From: the human T2T-CHM13v2.0 reference genome, Homo sapiens
Assembly (NCBI RefSeq): GCF_009914755.1
Contig: NC_060930.1
Length of the DNA stretch: 64,000 nucleotides
Reading direction: 5' to 3' (one strand)
Part shown: in pieces, positions 55,269 to 64,000 of the stretch
Layout: each line of letters begins with the position of its first letter
Numbering within the stretch: position 1 is the stretch's first letter
Translations under genes and position numbers: made by a program
The notes under the pieces: model-generated
Databases searched by the model: none
What the model was told of the DNA's origin: nothing
What the model saw: only the letters and a program-made list of their open reading frames with translations

Positions 55269-58200
55269 GTGAGCAGTTATCTGCCAGACTCCCACCTGTC
55301 CCCACCTTCCAGCAGCCCAGGAGGTTTCCCCGCTCAGTGCACCTCCATTCCCCTCCACTCAAGTCTGTCTTCTCTCCAAACACGTCTTCTCTCCTGACCC
55401 TGTTCTTTATTCTGGGCCGAACTTCTGCCGTTCTTCCCTAGCCATCCTCATCCCCTCTCTCCGATCCTTTGCCCTCCGCCTCATCCCTCTCTAGTTTTTT
55501 CCCACTCCATCTTGGCAGTGTGTTGGCGCCTTCATTCTCATCCCGTTAGCCGCGTTCTTTCTTACGGCCCTGCTCCTCCAAGCCCCTGCCTCTTGTCCCT
55601 TTAGATCACTGTTTCCCCCACCCTACTCCCAACCTATCTCTGGGCCCTCTCCCTAGCTCGTTCTCTCACATCATAACCTGTCTCCGTCCATCGCCGCCCT
55701 TAAAACCCCCCGCCACTATGCACCTTCAACCTCATTCCCACAGGTCCGTCATTCCCGCCCCACCTCTTCCTCTTCTGAATCCTGTACCCGGTAGTATCTC
55801 CCACTCCCAGCTCCATTTCCTGTTTTGTCTGTATATCGATTCCGCTCCTCTTCTTTCCGCCAGGTCTTTTTCCTTTCTTCTTTATGCTTGCATCCAACCC
55901 CATTCTTTTTTCTCCATCTTCTACATTTTCCACAATTTAGTCCCATCCTCTCCCCATTCCTTTCTTTCTCCGTTGCGGGTTTTCCCCAAAACTTGCTCAC
56001 CTTCCTCCCAAAGCATCTTTCCCTGCTTTGTAAGAGATATTCCTTTCCAGTTCCCTCAAGAATTGATTAGTTGCTGTTTATTCTTCCCCGGCCCTATTCT
56101 TTTTATTCTAACGTTTTTGTAAAAAGATTCCTGTTTAGATTTTGTTTTGCTCCTTCCCCAACCTTGTGTTTTTATTTGCATTTTCTAGACAAAATTTTTT
56201 AAAAAGTAGCAGCAGCTTGGATTCTTTTTTTTTTTTAAACTCTTGCCACAGTTTAGCTCTTAAAATTATTTGGTTTGTTTTAATTCTGACAGGGCTACTG
56301 AAATGTATGTGCTGAAAAATCAATAATGAGATTCAGTAGACTGATCATCACAGATGAGCTAACAGTAGTTTATGTTTATATAGTTTAATACTTTAAACTC
56401 TTGCCTTCCTCTCCAGCTTCACAAAGTTAAAATATTTTGTCAATTTATTTTCTTTGGAAGAATCAATTTAGAATGAAATCGAAAGTTTGGTGAGAGAATT
56501 TGTATTCTGAATCTCTGTAATTATCCCTGCATTAAGACACAACATCATAGATTTTTAGTTTCAGTGGACTTTTCAGTTTTATGTAATTTAGAAAATGTTG
56601 TAGGCACTTGCCTGCCCTATACAGGATGAGCTTAAGCTTTTGGTGTTGGTGAGTATAGACAGGGCTGAGTTGATACAGGGAATTACAGAGGTGTGGATGG
56701 AAGTGCAAAGCTCTAAAAACATATTGCTGTATTACAAGTAAGAAGAACTGTGCATTGGACATATTTCAGATTTTAAATACACTGGCCAAGTGTCAACCAA
56801 TTTGCCCTATTTGAAATTTGAAAAGCATCGTCAGTATATCTTCAGCAGTGAAGGACTGAATATGTATTAATGTAATTCTAAAGACATGCAGATAAGAAGT
56901 TAAAAAATTTTTAAAGGGGAGTGGGAAAACGATTTTAAAAAAAGACACACAGAAGGTGAACCATAATGGACAAGAGGGGTGGAAAGGGCCGAGGTTGCCT
57001 TGCCTGGGGTGTCTGTGAGTTATGGCTGAATGATGGTAGAGACATTTGTCTAAAACAAAGAAATAAACTGAAGTCACTGATGTTGCTTCTGTCTTTGGTG
57101 GTGGAAGAAGAGCTTGAAGTTCCATAAATTACCCAATGAGGATGTCAACTCAGCGCATTTTGTTCTATGTCATGTTTACTATATACCTGGAGCAGTCCCT
57201 GTCAACTGACTTGTGACTCTGAATACATGACCTTTAAAAACAAATGTCATACATTTGTTTTTATGGGTTATATACAGTTTATAACCCTTTTAGCAAAAGA
57301 AGTTTATTCTGTTGTACCTTTCATGTTAGTACAGATCTTGAAAGATGGTAGGCTGGGCTCTAAAGCAATTAGGATGTAGAAAGTTTTTTTCATAAAAATA
57401 TTTTTTATGATTAATCTTAAATTGTATCTATGTATATATTTGAATATTATAGATAAGTAATTGTGAAAGTATCCTCACAACAGAAAAAGGAAACCATTAA
57501 CATAACCTCTAATTTGCCTTTCTACTCTTTTTTATTTAATCTTTTAAATAAAAATGTGTTCATTGTAAAAAATCAACATAATTTAGAAATGTATAATACA
57601 GAGGACCAAACCAGTCTCTTCATGCACATATTTCCATGCTTATAATTGCAGTACACATATAATTTTATATGTTGCTTTTTCAGGCTTATTAAATCATAAA
57701 TATTTTCACCAGGTTGCCACGTGATCTCTAAAATCAATATTTTAATGACAGCACCATAATCCATTGAGTGAGTTTTCGATCATTTACTCATGTCTTCATA
57801 TGACTGTCTTTTAGATTGTCTTCAACATTTACCATTGTAATGGGCAGCTTCAGGCATATAGTTCTTTCTCATAATTCTGAATCATATTCGTAAATAAATG
57901 GTCGGGGTAGAATTATTGAGTTCAAGACTTTAAATATATACCATCCAGTTGCTTTCCAAAGAGTTGTAAGAATGTATCACTGTCATTGTGACAAGAGGGA
58001 CAGGTAAAAATAAATTCATTCCATGTAAAAATAAAATTCACAGAACCGTATCTTCTAGGTTCTACAGTTTTTACGGCCCCAGATATCAGATGAAAAACAT
58101 GAGAAGACTAGTGAAAAACTTAAGAGTATAGATGAGATACTCTTTTAATCTCTCATGCAAGGTGAATTGGTAGTTAAATTGGGCATTACAGAGCACAGCT

Positions 58201-58296
58201 TTAAATTTTACTTTAAGCTTAGGTGGCTACTTCGCTCCTTGTTCTTGTTCAAGTGTTTTAACTTAAAATACAGAATCTTTTAATGTAGGTAAGCTT

Positions 58297-58450
58297 TTGT
58301 TTTGTTTTGTTTTTTTGAGACAGAGTCTCACTGTTGCCCAGGCTGGAGTGCAGTGGTTCAATCATAGCTTATTGCAGCTTGGACCTCCCAGGCTCAAGTG
58401 ATCCTTCCACCTCAGCCGACTATAATAGGCACAAGCCACCACACCCAGCT

Positions 58451-58481
<31 letters not shown>

Positions 58482-58601
58482 GTTTTTGTAGAGACAGCAT
58501 CTTGTTGCCCAGGCTGGTCTCGAACTCTGGGGCTGAAGTGATTCTCCCTCTTCAGCCTCCCAGAGTTCTGGGATTATAGGCACGAGCCACCATGCCCAGC
58601 C
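58297..58601 (-). mobile_element. AluJ in EFHC1 intron 1
   Basis: Antisense Alu with expanded central T tract; 17-bp TSD TTAATGT(A/T)GGTAAGCTT (58280-58296, 58602-58618). Confidence 0.92.
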
Positions 58602-58610
58602 TTAATGTTG
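58483..58610 (+). other. EFHC1: Candidate Alu-derived alternative EFHC1 exon ending ATG TTG (Met-Leu), in frame with exon 2
   Basis: Long T tract plus AG (58481-58482; alternative AGs end at 58491, 58493, 58497) inside an antisense Alu. Donor TTG|GTAAGC at 58610/58611; 131-nt intron to exon 2. The 5' boundary is uncertain. Confidence 0.5.
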
Positions 58611-58741
58611 GTAAGCTTCTTGATGTAAGTTTTGTGATGCTTATAAGCAAAGATTCAAGTTATATTTTTAAAAGTTAGTTTTTTTTTTACCTAACAAATA
58701 TTTGTCTAATGTTATTAATGACACATTCTTTTCTTCTTCAG

Positions 58742-58963
58742 AAAACAGCCTTCCACAGAAGTCAGACGCTGAGCTACAGGAACGGCTATGCAATTGTTCG
58801 ACGTCCAACAGTTGGGATAGGCGGAGACCGGCTCCAGTTCAACCAGCTGTCCCAGGCTGAGCTGGATGAGTTGGCCAGTAAGGCACCAGTCTTAACTTAT
58901 GGCCAACCTAAACAAGCCCCACCTGCGGATTTTATTCCTGCGCATGTGGCCTTTGACAAAAAG
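58742..58963 (+). CDS. EFHC1: EFHC1 coding exon 2, aa 22-95
   Basis: Acceptor ttctttttcttcttCAG|AAA and donor AAG|GTATCA; 222 nt in frame with exon 1. Translates [16 protein letters not shown]...PAHVAFDKK, leading into the first DM10 domain. The gene continues beyond the window. Confidence 0.96.
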
Positions 58964-61029
58964 GTATCATCTGGAATTTTAGGGTACCCCTTGAATTAGG
59001 GTCTGAGAGCCAACTGCTTGCAAAAAAGTTAAAACAGTAAACCACAGAATTTCCAAAGGGCTCTGAGGAGAAAATTGTTCAGATGCCTTAACCCTTAGTC
59101 ATGGACAGCTGAACTCAGGCTAAAAAGAGGCTTTCTTTAGTCAGGAAGCTGATTACAGGGAGTAAAGTAGTTCCCTGTAGACTTCACCAGACTATTTTCC
59201 AAATGCAGTTAAAGAAAAGTTGGCTATAATTCTGAATTCTTGAATTTATATTCTATGTTTATCAGCCGTGTGTTCTCCACTTTTTAAAGGTAACTGTATT
59301 CTGTAATGGTGACATATCTAATCTTCATGAGATGCAGAATATCATTATGAAAACAATGACTCCATCTATTGTCAGTTTTCTGCAAGGCAGTCTCCATAAG
59401 TTTTTGGTTTTCAGGGAACATTTCATGTTTGATATTACATAACCAATGGGTGGTATAACATTTTTGTTTGTTTCTCATTTATCTTTATGTTTTTGCAATG
59501 TGAGTTTCCTCATTTCCATCTATTGACATTACCACATCATTCTTGTTTTTCCTTGTCAATGAGCCTCCTCTTTTCACTAAAGTGAAGTAGCCCTAGCCCT
59601 GACCATGTAGCAGAATCACTGGCGAGATTTTTAAGAAAGTTACGTTATTCCAACCCTCATCAGTTCTAATTTCCAGATGAGCTTTATGTGTAACTGGTTC
59701 TGAGAAGTACTGATCAGTTTTGATAAGTTAGCTTTCTTAATTTACTCTTAGTCTGTTTCTTTTCTTGTCTTAATTTTTATTTTATTATTCCTGTTAAATG
59801 TCTATAACATTTTCATCCAGCCAGCCAACTTTTATTGAGTACCTGTTGTAAGCTAGAGGCTGGGGAGGAGCTATGCCATTTACATGATAGTCACTTATTT
59901 TTAAACAATTTCAGTCTCTCAACTAGAATCTGTATCATTTCCTCTTCCCCACTTAACTCATTTATAGGGACACATTCACATATGCATTCATAGGCCGAAC
60001 CTAAACATCCACTAAACAGTATGATTTATATAATTGGATGTATCTTTTCCTTTTGCTTGTTTCTTTTGTTTATTTGTGGCTTTGACAGACATTGCAAAAT
60101 CAGCAGAGAAGGGAGAGGGCTGAAAATACAAGAGAGAAGTGGGATAGGCACTAAATAATTACCAAGATATGAATCCTGGTATGTTTAATTTTTACTGAAA
60201 AGAATAGTAAGTAACTGTTATAAAGTAGAAGGTGATAAAGTGATATATGTCGTAAGAAAGTATTAGTAAAATTCAGAGGAGAAATTGCGCTTGAGTAGGA
60301 AATAGGCTTCCTATTTTTTGTTTTCTATGTTATTTTACACTAATTGTTGTTACTTAATTTGTACTTATTTAATATTCATAATTCATTTCTTTAAGGATAG
60401 TGCACATAAAAATATTATTTTTATTTTCCAATTCATTTTACTTGGATCATCACAATTTCTAGATAAATGAGCCTTAGCATAGATAATGGGGTAGAGAGAA
60501 GCTAAATGCATGACTTTGAAACTAAGTTTGTTTGTTTATAATAAGGGAATTATGGTTTCTCTGAATTAAATGAAGGTTCTAATTTTAAATGAAGGACCTC
60601 TAATACCCAGAGGTCCACATAATAGCCAACATATTTGTCTATATTTTGGAAATTCTTAGGACTGTTCCTCATAGACAGAATATAACTTCATTTCTTACTT
60701 AGGTAATAAAGACCAGGACATCTATTCCAAGTGCCCTCATCTTTTCCCCTTGCTCCCGTATAATTCCAGCATCACCTACTATATTGTGTTTCCCAGACTG
60801 ACTTCCAGCTCTTTATTTCTGATGTTCTTCTTTCATCTTTTTCATCTTCAAGTTTCATATTATTTCTATTTCAGACACTCTAGTGACTGCTTCTCTAGCT
60901 AGAGTCATATCATCCTGTCCTCTTCCTATAATACCTTGTGATGCCTTTAAGCAAGATAACTTTGTTTCTCACTTGACTGTCAAATCACTTACAATCTGAC
61001 TTCTCCCTATCCACAGCCCCAGAATACTT

Positions 61030-62490
61030 TCTCCTAGGTAGCCAGTGCTGTCCTTTTACCAGATCTAGAGAGGTTTACTTTGCCAGCATTGTCTTTGGCT
61101 TGTTTATGCCATCTGACACTGTTGACCCTTCCTCCCTTCTTGAAACTGTGCTCTTCTTTTGCCTCCATGACTCTCATTTTCCTCCTTCTTTCTATGTGGT
61201 TGCTTATTCTTTAGCCTCCCTTCCTCTTTTCAATTCTTAACTTACAAGTATTTTCAAGGCTCTATCTCATTCTTTATATAATTTTCTTGAGATCTCACCC
61301 ACTTTCGTGATTTCAACCGTCACCTCACCGTAGAGAATGTCACTATTTAGTTCCAACTCTGACATCATTGAGACTCCAGATCTGTATCCCCCTGGCCCAT
61401 GGGATATCTTCACCTGGATGAACTGTTGGTACCTCAAGTTCTGTATGTCTCTAACTTATCTCTATCCCTCACCTTTTCCCATAGATCTGCTTTCCCTGTG
61501 TGGTTCCACTAGGTAATCCAAGCTTGAAACCTGAGCCATCTTTGGCTTTTTCTCTCCTTTATCCTCCACACTTAATGAGTTGCCAAGTCAAATATCTCTC
61601 ACTTTCATTTCCTCTGCCACTATCATAGTTCAGACAAGCCAAATGACTACCTAACTGTTGTTTTAGTCTCATTCCTAGTCCTTATGCTTATAACAGGTAT
61701 GCTGCCTTGTTTATTCTCTAGAGTTCAGCTCTGATTATGTCATTTTTCTGGGAAAATGCCATCAGGCTTTCTTAACCAATACAGTAAACATTACCACCAT
61801 TCACCTCACTGTGACATGAAAGTCATCTTTCATTCTTCTTTCCCCTCACAATCCACATCTAATCTATTAGCAAGTTCTATTGTTTCTGCTTCTAAAATAT
61901 GTAACTAATTCATTTACTTATTTTCATCCTCACTATTACCATAAATTTATTTTCCACAGAGCAGCCAGGCTTATTTTTTGAAAATCAGATTATGTCACAT
62001 ACTGACTGAAACACTTCCATGGCTTCCCTATCATCTATAAAGATCCAACTCTACAGGTTCCTCACAGCCCTACTGGAGCTGGCCCTCCCTGCTCTCTCCC
62101 CAGCCTCATCTTGGGTCCTTTTTCTCACCTATCATGTTTCAATACATTGGATTTATTTTTACTGATTTCCTTGAAATGGCAGCATTTGAAAATTCCAATT
62201 CAGGGCCTTTTTGTACATGGCATTTCTCCTATCTGAAATAGCTTCCCCACCATCCTTAAGTGGCTGACTCCATCTTTCCTTTCAGTGAGGCTTTTCCTGG
62301 CCACTCTGCTATGGCAGTTCCTCCTCATTTTTCTATATCACTTCCCTCTCTTTTTTTTTTTCCCCTTTGCAGCACTATATTATAATTTGTGTTGCTGATT
62401 TGTTTAGTGTTTATCTGTCCCACCTGAGTGTATACTTCATGAAGGTAAGGACTTATATAGTTTATTATATATTTAGTGCTCAATAAATAT
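61030..62490. mobile_element. Degraded L2
   Basis: Pyrimidine-rich L2-like sequence ending in gtgctcaataaatat. Confidence 0.6.
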
Positions 62491-62986
62491 CAGTTCTAAA
62501 ATGACATGAATAATTAACAAAATTTATTTCTTGTCTGTGTCACTGCTGAAAATTGGCAAGTCAAACACGTACCATATATGCTTATAATAATGTAAAATTA
62601 AAAATGTGACTTGGCTTTTTATAATTGTGTGTGATATGAAAATATTTATGCAGCATTTCCCCCCTTCATCTTGAAGTAAATACAAATATTTTTATGTTTA
62701 TTGTGGCATTCTGAGCACTTCCTGGGAGTTAGAAGACCTGGATTCTAATTCTGGGTCTCCTACCAGCTAACATTGTGACCTTGTAGTCACAATCTCTAAT
62801 TTCCTCGTCTATAAACTCAGAAGGTTAGAATACATGATAATCAGGAGCCCAGCCTGCTATAAAATTCCATGAAAAGTATATTTTTAAACACAGTATTTAA
62901 ATATAATTTTTCTTTTCTTTCTACGTAACAATCAAGTTCTTATTCTACCTGGGAAAGCTGATGTTATCCCACTACTTTAAAAACAA

Positions 62987-64000
62987 TTTTTTTTATTTCC
63001 ATAGGTTACTGGGGAACAGGTCGTGTTTGGTTACATGAGTAAGTTCTATAGTGGTGATTTGTGAGATTTTGGTGCACCCATCACCCAGGCAGTATACAGT
63101 GCCCCCAATTTGTAGTCTTTTATCCCTCACCCCCTTCCCACCCTTTCCCCCTGAGTCCCCAAAGTTCATTGTGTCATTCTTATGCCTTTGCATCCTCATA
63201 CCTTAGCTACCACTTATGAGTGAGAACATACAATGTTTGGTTTTCTATTCCTGAGTTACTTCACTTAGAATAATAGTCTCCAGTCTCATCCAAGTCACTG
63301 TGAATGCTATTAATTCATTCCTTTTTATGGCTAAATAGTATTCCATCATATATATCACATTTTCTTTGTCCACTTATTGATTGATGGGTATTTGGGTTGG
63401 TTCCATATTTTTGCAGTTGCAAATTGTGCTGCTATAAACATGCATGTACAAGTATCTTTTTTGTATGATGAGTTCTTTTCCAATGGGTAGATACCCAGTA
63501 GTGGGATTGCTGGATCAAATGGTGGTTCTACTTTTAGTTCTTTGAGGAATCTTCACACTTTTAGTTCTTTAAGGAATCTTCCATAGTGGTTGTACTAGTT
63601 TACATTCCCACCAGCAGTTCCCAGTTCATTGCATCCACACCAACATCTAATATTTTATGATGTTTTGATTATGGCCATTCTTGCAGGACTAAGATGATAT
63701 CACATTGTGGTTTTGATTTACATTTCCCTGATCATTAGTGATGTTGAACATTTTTTCATATGTTTGTTGGCCATTTGTATATCTTCTTTTGAGAATTGTC
63801 TATTCATGTCCTTAGCCCACTTTTTGATGGGCTTCTTTGTTTTTCCTTGCTAATTTGTTTGAGTTCATTGTAAATTCTGGATATTAATCTTTTGTCAGAT
63901 GTATAGATTATGAAGATTTTTTCCCACTCTGTGGGTTGTCTGTTTACTCTGTTGACTGTTCCTTTTGCCGTGAAAAAGCTCTTTAGGTTAATTAAGTCCC
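62987..64000 (-). mobile_element. L1PB-type 3' end, continuing beyond the window
   Basis: tttatttccataggtt..ggggaacagg...ttatgagtgagaacatac...cccagtagtgggattgctggatcaaatgg is the reverse complement of an L1 3' UTR. Confidence 0.9.

Larger units (their letters stand above)
54710..55340 (+). promoter_or_regulatory. EFHC1: EFHC1 CpG-island promoter and 5' UTR
   Basis: Dense CpGs; GC box GGGGCGGGGC 54926-54935; ETS-like CGGAAG at 54940; KLF-like CCACGCCC 54963-54970; NRF1-like GCGCACGCGCA 55030-55040; no obvious TATA box. Confidence 0.9.

Noticed and set aside
55718-56122. 134-aa ORF in EFHC1 intron 1
   Set aside because: The F/S/P/L-rich composition simply reflects a stop-poor pyrimidine tract.

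Overview
Human genomic DNA at the PAQR8-EFHC1 locus (6p12 by recollection), with both genes on the + strand. Bases 1-37933 are the repeat-rich 3' part of the long PAQR8 intron 1; the non-coding first exon is inferred to lie upstream of the window. PAQR8's last exon (37934 to about 42550) carries the whole 354-aa membrane progestin receptor beta CDS (37986-39050) and a 3.5-kb 3' UTR. After about 12 kb of intergenic DNA come the EFHC1 CpG-island promoter with tandem RFX X-boxes, coding exon 1 (55206-55268), exon 2 (58742-58963) and the start of intron 2. The rest is Alu, L1, L2/MIR, MaLR LTRs and DNA-transposon fossils; nearly all other ORFs in the track are repeat-derived or chance. The most notable observations are: (1) an antisense AluJ upstream of EFHC1 exon 2 whose target-site duplication copied a splice donor, with one copy reading ATG-TAG|GT and the other ATG-TTG|GT in frame with exon 2; (2) a nested duplication/inversion forming a perfect 32-bp hairpin at 12442-12568; (3) an X-box that overlaps a strong out-of-frame upstream AUG of EFHC1; (4) a very young AluYa5-lineage insertion. 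All coordinates were read by eye. Repeat boundaries and subfamily calls are approximate. I found no wholly new coding system.
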